A stretch of DNA of 64,000 nucleotides from an uncultured Lachnospiraceae bacterium (GTDB lineage: Bacteria; Bacillota; Clostridia; Lachnospirales; Lachnospiraceae): NCBI GenBank assembly GCA_910578475.1, contig CAJTRK010000008.1, forward strand, positions 31,082-95,081. The letters are read 5' to 3'. Below, one piece after another: positions 9,721 to 18,233 of this stretch. Both the position numbers and the translations under genes were made by a program. The first letter of the stretch is position 1. Every line of letters starts with the position of its first letter. Under the pieces are notes generated by a model, which made no database searches, was not told the origin of the DNA, and saw only the letters and a list, made by a program, of their open reading frames with translations.

Positions 9721-9751
9721 CGGCAAGGATGCCGTAAAAAATTCAAGGAGG
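9721..9751 (+). promoter_or_regulatory. Two CsrA-binding-type GGA sites in the flagellin 5-prime leader
   Basis: Site 1 is CGGCA-AGGA-TGCCG (9721-9734), with GGA in a 4-nt hairpin loop and a core CAAGGATG that matches the CsrA SELEX core CARGGAUG. Site 2 is CAAGGAGG (9744-9751), overlapping the Shine-Dalgarno sequence. Confidence 0.65.
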
Positions 9752-9759
9752 AATATAAT

Positions 9760-10818
9760 ATGGTAGTACAACACAACATTACAGCGATGAACTCTAACAG
9801 AATGCTTGGTTTGACAACAAGCGCTCAGGCAAAATCAACAGAAAGACTGTCTTCCGGTTACAAGATTAACCGTGCAGCAGATGATGCAGCAGGTCTTGCT
9901 ATTTCCGAGAAGATGAGACGTCAGATTAGAGGCCTTACACAGGCATCTGCAAACGCTCAGGATGGTATTTCTACTGTACAGACAGCAGAAGGTGCATTGG
10001 CAGAAGTTCAGGATATGTTACAGAGAATGAACGAGCTGGCTGTTAAAGGTGAGAACGGTACTCTTACAACAACAGACCGTGCATCCATCCAGGCTGAAAT
10101 CGGACAGTTGATGAGTGAAATCGACCGTGTTCAGAGTACAACTACTTTCAATGAGATGAACCTGTTAGACGGTTCCTTCATTAAAGGTCTTCAGGTTGGT
10201 GCAGAAGCTGGTCAGCACATCAACATCAGCATCGCAAACATGAGTATGGCTGGTCTTGCACACAACATTGATACCAAGCTGTATACGAAAGTTACATTCA
10301 GAAATCTTGCAGCAGGCAGCGTAAGCGGTACAATGTCAACTTATACACAGCATACTCTTACACAGTCCGGTGGTAAGGTAATGATTGGTCAAATGACTTC
10401 CGCTACGGTAAATACGTTTACCACAATCGGCGCTGGAAAGTACAACAAAGCTACATTAGACAGTGAGATGGCAACCAAGATTATGAATACCTTCATGAGA
10501 CTGGATGCTGGTAATGCACAGACTGTTGCTTCGGCTAAAGACTTCAACTCCCTGAACGCATTTATCAAGGGTGCTCTGTCCTTAGTATCTCAGCAGCGTT
10601 CTGACCTGGGTGCTATCCAGAACAGACTTGAGCACACAATCAACAACCTGAACAACATCGTTGAGAATACAACATCCGCAGAATCTGCTATCCGTGATAC
10701 AGATATTGCAACTGAGATGGTTAAGTACTCCAACAATGGTATCCTGCAGCAGGCTGGTACATCCATGTTGTCACAGGCAAATCAGGGCAATCAGCTGGCA
10801 CTGTCCTTACTTGGTTAA
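9760..10818 (+). CDS. fliC: Flagellin (352 aa)
   Basis: MVVQHNITAMNSNRMLG...LSSGYKINRAADDAAGLAISEKMR...QRMNELAV at the N-terminus and TEMVKYSNNGILQQAGTSMLSQANQGNQLALSLLG at the C-terminus. AAGGAGG lies 8 nt before the ATG at 9760, so the track start at 9718 is unlikely. The central region is Ser/Thr-rich. Confidence 0.95.
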   Translation: MVVQHNITAMNSNRMLGLTTSAQAKSTERLSSGYKINRAADDAAGLAISEKMRRQIRGLTQASANAQDGISTVQTAEGALAEVQDMLQRMNELAVKGENGTLTTTDRASIQAEIGQLMSEIDRVQSTTTFNEMNLLDGSFIKGLQVGAEAGQHINISIANMSMAGLAHNIDTKLYTKVTFRNLAAGSVSGTMSTYTQHTLTQSGGKVMIGQMTSATVNTFTTIGAGKYNKATLDSEMATKIMNTFMRLDAGNAQTVASAKDFNSLNAFIKGALSLVSQQRSDLGAIQNRLEHTINNLNNIVENTTSAESAIRDTDIATEMVKYSNNGILQQAGTSMLSQANQGNQLALSLLG

Positions 10819-10857
10819 TTACCGAAGTATTAGCGAACATTGCATAGTGAACTACCA

Positions 10858-10890
10858 ATCCCCACCCTTAAATAGGGTGGGGATTTTGCT
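10858..10890 (+). terminator. Rho-independent terminator of the flagellin gene
   Basis: ATCCCCACCC-ttaaata-GGGTGGGGAT is a perfect 10-bp stem followed by TTT. Confidence 0.8.
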
Positions 10891-10958
10891 ACCATCGAAA
10901 GAGTGGCTCTTTTTCTATGGCTTATAAGATTTTGGAATAATTCTCTGACAGAAATCTG

Positions 10959-12008
10959 CTAGCCGTCCATTCGTTGTAACGCTTCCAGAGCAGGCTCAAA
11001 TTCTCCGCATTTTTGATAATGCTGTCTGGCAATGTCTTTCTGCCCGAAAACTTCGTAAATATAGCCGATATAATAGGAGATGACTCTGGATTCTACCGAA
11101 TCCCGTGATGGTGCGGACAGAGCTTTGACGAGTTCCGGCAATGCTTTTAAATGCTGATTCAAATGAAGGTACATAACGCCAATCATACACAGGTAATCGG
11201 CATTATCGTTGTAATCATCGTAGAACGATAACAGGGAACGGGCTTCTTCCGCCTTATTATTGTCCAACAGGATATTGCCATAGTTACACACAAGTATACG
11301 CGTATAGTCTTCTTCCGGCGGTGGATTCCGCTTCATAGCCATCTTGAAGTATTCAAAAGCCTGTTCCTGATTTCTCATACAGAGATAACTCTGCGCCATC
11401 TGGAAATAGTTATACGGTTCATCGGGATTTTTTTCGATTTCCGGGAGCAGAAGTTCGATATCCCGCATGGATTTTTCGTATAATTTTTCGTCAGAGCCGA
11501 CATATCCTACATGGTCGGCTACGATGGGAAGGTTATAGCTGGTGGTGGAAATATTGGTAATCGGAACCAATATTTCATGAATCGGCCGTTCATAGCGGTA
11601 GTATTTTCTGTTAAAAAGCCGGTCGATAATCGTCGTCTGGCAATGCTTTTCCCCGTCGATTTCAAAATAGTCGAGCCGTTTGATAAGACCAACGCTTTTG
11701 GGATGTTCGGCCATAAGACGCTGTACCTGGTCGAAGTCAAATTCCAGAAGAAACTCATCGGTGTCCAGAACAAGAATCATATTATGAGAGGCACGGCTGA
11801 TAGAAAAATTTCTGGCGGCGCTGAAATCTTTTACCCATTCAAAATCGAATATTTTATCGGTGTATTTGCGGGCTACTTCTTTGGAATTATCGGCGGAGCC
11901 CGTATCTACAATGACAATTTCAAAAGGGTAGGGTTTGAGCGCTTCCAGACATTTCTCCAGATGCTCGGCTTCATTTTTGGTAATGATACATACGGAAATC
12001 GGAATCAT
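10959..12008 (-). CDS. GT2 + TPR glycosyltransferase, paralogue 1 of 5 (candidate flagellin glycosyltransferase)
   Basis: MIPISVCIITKNEAEHLEKCLEALKPYPFEIVIVDTGSADNS...DFSAARNF...LDTDEF is a GT2 domain. The C-terminal half is TPR-like (YFQMAQSY, AFEYFKMAM). The ATG at 12008 has AAGGAGA upstream, so the track start at 12053 is less likely. Confidence 0.75.
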   Translation of the reverse strand: MIPISVCIITKNEAEHLEKCLEALKPYPFEIVIVDTGSADNSKEVARKYTDKIFDFEWVKDFSAARNFSISRASHNMILVLDTDEFLLEFDFDQVQRLMAEHPKSVGLIKRLDYFEIDGEKHCQTTIIDRLFNRKYYRYERPIHEILVPITNISTTSYNLPIVADHVGYVGSDEKLYEKSMRDIELLLPEIEKNPDEPYNYFQMAQSYLCMRNQEQAFEYFKMAMKRNPPPEEDYTRILVCNYGNILLDNNKAEEARSLLSFYDDYNDNADYLCMIGVMYLHLNQHLKALPELVKALSAPSRDSVESRVISYYIGYIYEVFGQKDIARQHYQKCGEFEPALEALQRMDG

Positions 12009-12062
12009 GGCGGATGTCTCCTTTTTATTCTTGATGGTGCGGCATCGGTACACCGTATATGT

Positions 12063-13130
12063 TTAATTGTTCCTTTGATTTAAAACCTTCAGGCGCTCGA
12101 CAGCCGGCGCAAAACTGCCGCACTGTTGGTAGCAGGATACCGCGGCAGGGATGTCGCCGATAATTTCGCAGATTTCACCGGTCTGGTATACAGGAAGAAA
12201 ACTGTTCGCACCTTCCAGTCTGCATTGGGTCATGCCGACTGCCTTTTGATATTGTTCAAATGCCTGTTCGTACATTTGATTCTGCTTATAAATATTGCCC
12301 ATGAGATAGATAAAATCGGCCAGAGGAGAAAAAGCATCGTATATGCTTTCGAAACCGAGCGCCTCTTCTTTTTTGCCGGTGCGCAGGAGCGCATTTCCGT
12401 AAGAAACGACCATCGCCTGTACATAGGCCAGTTCCGGGTCCAAATCAAAAGAGAGACCCTTGCTGTAATAATCACAGGCGGCGGCATAGTCTTCGATGAT
12501 TTCACAGCTTTTTCCCAACTGATAGTACAGATAGGGACTTTCGGGGCCGCATTCGAGCTGTTTTTTCAGCAATGTATAATTGCGAAGGTACTTCGCACGC
12601 TGTTCTTCTTCCGTCATATCGTAGCCGGTATGAAAAATCGTGGTCTGTAACAGATAGGCGGAAATTTCTTTTCCACGTTTGGGAGTAAGCTGCTCATGAA
12701 TGATGCCCGTATAATGATAGAGTCTTCTGTCGAAGAAACGCTCCGTATTATCCGTGTTGTTGACAACCTGGACGCCGTTTTCCGTCACAAGATTTTCTCT
12801 GGAAACGGAACCGACGCTGTCGGATAAATGCTTACGGAAATAATTTAATTCCTCCACATCCATCGTTTTTATGTATTCGTCACAGTCGAGCATGAAAATC
12901 CAGTTATTGGAGGCCGCGCGCAGAGAAAAGTTTCTGGCGGCGCTGAAATCGTCGCACCATGCAAAATCAAGCACCTGGTCGGCATATTTTCCGGCAATCT
13001 CCTTTGTGCGGTCGGTGGAGCCGGTGTCTGCTACGACAATCTCAAAACCATAGGGTTTGATGGAGGAAAGACACTTTTCAATTCGCTTTTCTTCGTTTTT
13101 GGCAATAATACATACGGAAATGGGGTGCAT
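12063..13130 (-). CDS. GT2 + TPR glycosyltransferase, paralogue 2 of 5
   Basis: MHPISVCIIAKNEEKRIEKCLSSIKPYGFEIVVADTGSTDRT...DFSAARNF...LDCDEY, with a TPR-like C-terminal half. Confidence 0.75.
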   Translation of the reverse strand: MHPISVCIIAKNEEKRIEKCLSSIKPYGFEIVVADTGSTDRTKEIAGKYADQVLDFAWCDDFSAARNFSLRAASNNWIFMLDCDEYIKTMDVEELNYFRKHLSDSVGSVSRENLVTENGVQVVNNTDNTERFFDRRLYHYTGIIHEQLTPKRGKEISAYLLQTTIFHTGYDMTEEEQRAKYLRNYTLLKKQLECGPESPYLYYQLGKSCEIIEDYAAACDYYSKGLSFDLDPELAYVQAMVVSYGNALLRTGKKEEALGFESIYDAFSPLADFIYLMGNIYKQNQMYEQAFEQYQKAVGMTQCRLEGANSFLPVYQTGEICEIIGDIPAAVSCYQQCGSFAPAVERLKVLNQRNN

Positions 13131-13146
13131 GATAAAATCCTTTCTT

Positions 13147-14220
13147 TTACGTTATACCGAGTTCGTTCAGCCGTTCCACGGCAAGCGGGTAGCCATAGGC
13201 GGCAGCCCGTTGATAAAAGGAAACCGCAGAATTGATATCTCCTAACATTTCGTTAATCAGGCCGATATTGTAATAAGGAATATAGGTAGTGACCCCCTCG
13301 CTGCTGGCATCGGAACATTGCAATGCCCTGACAAATTCCATCATCGCTTTCATAGGCTGATTGGTTCTCAGATAAGAGACGCCAAGTGTACAGAGGAAGC
13401 TGGCATCCCCTGAAAAAGAGTCATAAAGAGGCGTAAAAAAGGCAATCGCTTCTTCGGCTCTTCCGGTAGAGTTCATGGAACGGAGATAAGCCTGGGCAAG
13501 TATCGGGAGCCAGGGCTGTGCGGGGTCAATCGGATGTTCGAAAGCCTGTTTATAATAGATGTAGGCGTTTTCATAATCTGCTATCGAGTTATAAGACTGC
13601 CCGACCTGAAAATAGAAATAAGAATCCTCGGGATTTTTTTCTATTTCTTTCAGAAGCAGGGTGTTATTTCGTTCTACTTTCTGCAGCATATCCTGTAAAC
13701 CGCCGCAGTAGCCCACATGGTCTACGGTGAGCGGAATTTCATAGCGTTCAAAATAGGTACTGTTTGTTTTGATGTCGGAAACCTGTTCGTGAATCGTATA
13801 ATTATAATGATAATATCGCTTATGGAACAGACGCTCCACGCGGTCCGGATAAGAAACGCGCATGCCGCCGCTGTCATAATAACTGTGGCGCAGAAGCATA
13901 CCAACGCTGCGGGGGTGTTCTTCAATCAGCCGGTAAATTTCATCCACGTTGATTTCCGTCAGAAATTCGTCGCAATCCAGAATTAACACATAATTATGCG
14001 TAGCCTTTTTCAGGGAAAAGTTTCTGGCGGCGCTGAAATCGTTGACCCATTCAAAATCATACACATAATCGGTGTATTTGCGGGCAATTTCCTTTGTGCG
14101 GTCAGTGGAACCGGTGTCTACAACGATAATTTCAAAATTGTAAGGCGCTAAAGGCGCCAGACATTTTTCGATATTCTTTTCTTCATTTTTGGCGATGATA
14201 CAGACTGAAATTGGAATCAT
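13147..14220 (-). CDS. GT2 + TPR glycosyltransferase, paralogue 3 of 5
   Basis: MIPISVCIIAKNEEKNIEKCLAPLAPYNFEIIVVDTGSTDRT...DFSAARNF...LDCDEF, with a TPR-like C-terminal half. Confidence 0.75.
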   Translation of the reverse strand: MIPISVCIIAKNEEKNIEKCLAPLAPYNFEIIVVDTGSTDRTKEIARKYTDYVYDFEWVNDFSAARNFSLKKATHNYVLILDCDEFLTEINVDEIYRLIEEHPRSVGMLLRHSYYDSGGMRVSYPDRVERLFHKRYYHYNYTIHEQVSDIKTNSTYFERYEIPLTVDHVGYCGGLQDMLQKVERNNTLLLKEIEKNPEDSYFYFQVGQSYNSIADYENAYIYYKQAFEHPIDPAQPWLPILAQAYLRSMNSTGRAEEAIAFFTPLYDSFSGDASFLCTLGVSYLRTNQPMKAMMEFVRALQCSDASSEGVTTYIPYYNIGLINEMLGDINSAVSFYQRAAAYGYPLAVERLNELGIT

Positions 14221-14309
14221 AGGTGTATTTCTCCTTTTAATGGTTAAATAGCAGCTTCAAAAACAGAAATTTTCGGATTGCCGCAAAACGGCGCTTTCCG
14301 GGCAGTATT

Positions 14310-15122
14310 TCAGACTTGCTGCAGAAAATACTGCATCATTGCGGATATTTGTGTTAAAATCCCCAGTTTTTCGGCGGACTCCAGAATTTCCTTTGTGACA
14401 TCATGGAAAATGCCGTATTGCAGGAAAGCGTCTTTATGAGTGGCAAGCATAAAGCACCGGGCCTCATAATAACCGGAAATATTATGGGACACGCCGTCTT
14501 TGCTCAGATTGACGCGCACCAATGGCTCCTCCTGAAAGGCGGTTTCATGGTCCCTGGCAATGCGCAGGAAGAAATCCCAATCCTCCAGACAGGTCAGAGA
14601 TTCGTTGAAAAGTCCGGCATTTTCCAGACATTTTCTGCGAAACAGAACACAGGGCGTTCCAATCGTATTTCTTTGCAGCATATACGGATAAATATGCCCC
14701 TGTTTTTCGGAAAGCGGAATGTTACTGCCCGGAACAAGAATGGTTGTGCCGTCAGCCTTCTGGCATACATAAGGGCAGTAGAGCAGCCCTGTTTCGGGGT
14801 TTTGCGTCATAAACGTCATCTGTTTTTCCAATTTATCGGGCATCCAGTAGTCATCGCTGTCCTGAAAGGCAATATAATCGTATTTCGCCTGCCGGATGCC
14901 TTCATTTCTTGCCGCCGCCACACCCTTGTTCGCGGGCATCTTCAGATAGCGGATGCGCGCGTCATTCATGGACTCTACCACTGTGTCAGTGTTGTCGTCA
15001 GAACCGTCATCGATGACCAGAAGTTCAAAATCCGCATCCGTCTGTTGTAGTACACTCTGTATGGAGGCGGGCAGGACATTCGCTCTGTTGTATGTTGGAA
15101 TGATAATGCTTACTTTATCCAT
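14310..15122 (-). CDS. Family-2 glycosyltransferase
   Basis: VSIIIPTYNRANVLPASIQSVLQQT, LLVIDDGSDDNT and FQDSDDYW. Confidence 0.8.
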   Translation of the reverse strand: MDKVSIIIPTYNRANVLPASIQSVLQQTDADFELLVIDDGSDDNTDTVVESMNDARIRYLKMPANKGVAAARNEGIRQAKYDYIAFQDSDDYWMPDKLEKQMTFMTQNPETGLLYCPYVCQKADGTTILVPGSNIPLSEKQGHIYPYMLQRNTIGTPCVLFRRKCLENAGLFNESLTCLEDWDFFLRIARDHETAFQEEPLVRVNLSKDGVSHNISGYYEARCFMLATHKDAFLQYGIFHDVTKEILESAEKLGILTQISAMMQYFLQQV

Positions 15123-15142
15123 GTAATTCCTTTCTGCCTGTC

Positions 15143-16312
15143 TTAGAAATTTCCTAACATTTCCCGGACGCGATGCCGGTAGGTATGGGCGGCGGCAATT
15201 TTGTCGTGTCCGTTCCCGGCAATCTGGATGCGTTCCGTCTCATGAGACAGATAATAATTGATTTTATCCAGTAAATCTCCTTTGCTTTCGTAAAAGTCGA
15301 AATCTTCTCCCGGCGTAAAATACTCCGGAAAGTCGTTCTGATAATTGCTCAGCAGAAAACCGCCGCTCCCCATAATGTCAAAAGCACGCTGCGGAATGCC
15401 GCTTAATATGCTGCGCAGCGATATATTCAGATTAATTCTGCTTCGGTTAAAGACGAGAGGCATTTCCTGATAATTATCGACGGTCCCGTGATTGGTAACG
15501 CCGTGTAAGGAAAAAGTACGGTCGTGCGTGAACAAATCAAAGGGATGACGCTCTGCAATGGTCCGAATCAAATCGTTCCGCTCCAGGCCCGTAATCTTGC
15601 GATTGATGACATATTGGGCATACAGGTATTCCTTTGTTTCAACGCCGTCGGCATTAGGCATAATGGGAAGAGCCTGATATAAGTCTTCCATGATGGGAGA
15701 TATTGTTTCCTGGATAAAATTATATCCGTGCACGTTCATTTGCGCGGACATTAACGCATCCAGATAGCCTTTCGCATAATCGGACAGATTTTCCATCCGT
15801 TCAAAGAAATTATGTTTCTCGGTATAGAGGGAGCCGATAAAAGAGATATCATATAAAAAGCGGGAGGCGTCCGTATCTGCGTTTGCGGTTTTGTCAGACG
15901 TCAGGGCATCCAAGCGTTCCACATTCGCAGCCATTGGCAGATAATGCACGGTCGGAATCCCTGCTTTATGAAATTCCAGATAAACCGCTTTGTCGAAAAC
16001 ATAAATGGTATTACACGGATGAATGGCCGTATAAGAATACAGCATCACATAAGGACTGTCATATATCCAGGAAATATAGCGGATGTTTTCCTTGTGACAG
16101 ACATTGGAAACGACGGGAAAATAATTGAAAGAAAAGACCAAATCCGGAGTCTCTTTGTGCAAAAGCGCCGGAAGCCCGGCGACAGAGGACGCATCGTTTC
16201 TTGCGTCTTTATTAAAAAAGGGAAAACAGACAATGGTATGTCCCTCTTTGCGGAAGGCGTCTTTCATATCTTCGTTTCCGTAACTTGCCCATTCGATAAA
16301 CAGTATTTTCAT
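15143..16312 (-). CDS. CgeB-like / DUF3880-type GT-B glycosyltransferase (paralogue of 4184..5371)
   Basis: MKILFIEWASYGNEDMKDAF at the N-terminus and GSGGFLLSNYQNDFPEYFTPGEDFDFYES near the C-terminus. It is collinear with the 4184..5371 product. Confidence 0.55.
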   Translation of the reverse strand: MKILFIEWASYGNEDMKDAFRKEGHTIVCFPFFNKDARNDASSVAGLPALLHKETPDLVFSFNYFPVVSNVCHKENIRYISWIYDSPYVMLYSYTAIHPCNTIYVFDKAVYLEFHKAGIPTVHYLPMAANVERLDALTSDKTANADTDASRFLYDISFIGSLYTEKHNFFERMENLSDYAKGYLDALMSAQMNVHGYNFIQETISPIMEDLYQALPIMPNADGVETKEYLYAQYVINRKITGLERNDLIRTIAERHPFDLFTHDRTFSLHGVTNHGTVDNYQEMPLVFNRSRINLNISLRSILSGIPQRAFDIMGSGGFLLSNYQNDFPEYFTPGEDFDFYESKGDLLDKINYYLSHETERIQIAGNGHDKIAAAHTYRHRVREMLGNF

Positions 16313-16555
16313 GTAAAAAACAATGCCATCCTCTCTGATTTTTCAATATGGCTTTTATGAATAACAGTATAGCAAAACTTTGGGGGTTTGGGAAGTGTGA
16401 GAAAGACGCTTTGTATTGACAGAACGAAAGTTATTCTATAAAGTATATATATCTTATTAATATAGTTAATATAAATATTTTTGGCAGGTAAATTCGGCGT
16501 TAAAGCATTTCAGACGCCGTCCTGATTTACGGGTTGACAAGAATGGAGGATTACG

Positions 16556-17272
16556 GTGAATATTGCAATGATTTTGGCAGGCGGTACGGATAACCGCTTT
16601 CAGATGAGCGTCCCGAAACAGTTCGTGAACGTATATAACCGTCCGGTAATTGTCTATACGCTGGAAGCGTTTCAGAAGCATGATGAAATCGACGCAATTA
16701 TGGTTTCCTGTCTGGACGGCTGGCAGGAAATGGTCAGAGCTTACGCGAAGCAGTTCAATATCAGCAAATTAAAATGGATTGTTTCCGGCGGCCGGGACGG
16801 ACAGGCTTCCGCGCGGAACGGTATTCTGGTACTGAAAGACGAATGCCGCGGGGATGATATCGTTGTCCTTCACGATTCCATAAGGCCCTTTGTTTCGGAG
16901 GAAATTATTACCGATAGTCTCAAAGTATGCAGGGTGCACGATATGGGAGTGGCGGCTGTGCGGACGATGGACACGATTATGCGGACGAACGACGGTATGG
17001 TGGGAACGGAAAGTATTTCCCGCTATTCGATTATCCGTATTCAGACGCCTCAGGCATACCGGATGGACCGGTTATGGGATATACACGAAAAAGCGATAGA
17101 AAAAGGAATCACCGGTGAAGTAGATACCAACAGTGTGATTTCGAGACTTGGAGAACCTGTTTATTTTTCAAAAGGCTCCGACCTGAATATGAAGATTAAT
17201 ACGGTAGAAGACGTGGAGATGTTCAAAGCATTATATAAGATGCGGCAGGAAGCGGAGAAGGAAAAAGCATAA
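16556..17272 (+). CDS. IspD/TarI-family cytidylyltransferase, copy 1
   Basis: IAMILAGGTDNRFQMSVPKQFVNVYNRPVIVYTLEAFQKH resembles the N-termini of TarI (ribitol-5-P cytidylyltransferase) and IspD. GTG start with GGAGG upstream. The glycine-rich loop reads GGTDNR rather than GGxGxR. Confidence 0.7.
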   Translation: MNIAMILAGGTDNRFQMSVPKQFVNVYNRPVIVYTLEAFQKHDEIDAIMVSCLDGWQEMVRAYAKQFNISKLKWIVSGGRDGQASARNGILVLKDECRGDDIVVLHDSIRPFVSEEIITDSLKVCRVHDMGVAAVRTMDTIMRTNDGMVGTESISRYSIIRIQTPQAYRMDRLWDIHEKAIEKGITGEVDTNSVISRLGEPVYFSKGSDLNMKINTVEDVEMFKALYKMRQEAEKEKA

Positions 17273-17368
17273 AGTTATATGATAAGAATATAGGTAAAAC
17301 TGACAATATCAAAAACACTGAAAGTTCTTAAATCCAAAAGAATGCAGAGGGACAAGGCTGAAAATCAC

Positions 17369-17447
17369 AGATTGTCAATCTTTGAAAGGAGCATGTTTAA
17401 GATTGAAAATTATAATTTTCAAAGATTGAAAATAAAGATTTTCAATC
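17369..17447. repeat. Nested palindromes and direct repeats built on GATTGAAAAT
   Basis: AGATTGTCAATCT (17369-17381). The palindrome TTGAAAATTATAATTTTCAA (17403-17422). GATTGAAAAT-aaag-ATTTTCAATC (17424-17447). Half-sites start at 17403, 17415, 17426 and 17438, so they are 11-12 bp apart. Confidence 0.6.
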
Positions 17448-17522
17448 GCGAGATTTGTGTCTGCGCGCTGCTTGCCACAAACTCGTTTATGCGCAAAAAG
17501 CAGCGCAGAAATGGAGTTAAAA

Positions 17523-18233
17523 ATGAATATAGCGCTTTTATTGGCCGGCGGCAGCGGAACAAGGACAGAGCAGGACGTTCCGAAACAGTTTTTTAACGTA
17601 TATGAAAAACCAATCATAATTTATACGCTGGAAGCATTTCAGAAACATCCGGACATTGACGGCATCATCGTGTCCTGCCTTGAAGGCTGGCACGAGATTT
17701 TGAGCGCTTATGCGAGGGAAGCGGGCATTACAAAACTGCGGAAAGTCGTCTGCGGCGGTGAGAACGGACAGGCTTCTGCCAGGAATGCGCTGCGGGAGTT
17801 AAAAGACATCTGCGGGGAGGACGATGTCGTTATCATACACGATGCCATACGACCGATGGTCTCTGCGGAAATCATATCCGACTGTATTGTGAAATGCAGA
17901 CAATATGGTTCCGGTCTTGCGGCAATGCGCTGCCAGGAAACGATTGTCGAGACAAACGACGGTATTAAAGGCGATACGGGCATCAGCCGGAATCATATCA
18001 TGCGGGTTCAGACGCCCCAGGCATATAAGTACGGAACTGTGATGAACGCTCATGAAAAGGCGTTGGAGCAGGGCATTACGAATGCGGTTTATACCAATAC
18101 GCTGATGCTGGATTTGGGAGAGACCCTTTATTTTGCGCAGGGCTCCGAGAAGAATCTGAAGATTACTACAATGGAAGATGTGGAGATTTTCAAGGCGCTG
18201 CTTCGGATGAAGAAGGAGGACTGGGTGAAGTGA
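17523..18233 (+). CDS. IspD/TarI-family cytidylyltransferase, copy 2
   Basis: MNIALLLAGGSGTRTEQDVPKQFFNVYEKPIIIYTLEAFQKH. It is collinear with copy 1. The ATG at 17523 follows GGAG, so the track start at 17457 is unlikely. Confidence 0.75.
   Translation: MNIALLLAGGSGTRTEQDVPKQFFNVYEKPIIIYTLEAFQKHPDIDGIIVSCLEGWHEILSAYAREAGITKLRKVVCGGENGQASARNALRELKDICGEDDVVIIHDAIRPMVSAEIISDCIVKCRQYGSGLAAMRCQETIVETNDGIKGDTGISRNHIMRVQTPQAYKYGTVMNAHEKALEQGITNAVYTNTLMLDLGETLYFAQGSEKNLKITTMEDVEIFKALLRMKKEDWVK

Noticed and set aside
16416-16444. A sigma-A-like promoter (TTGACA at 16416) upstream of the first cytidylyltransferase gene.
   Set aside because: The best -10 candidates are either at 15-nt spacing (TATAAA) or are weak at 17 nt (TAAAGT). 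It is plausible but too ambiguous to call as a feature.
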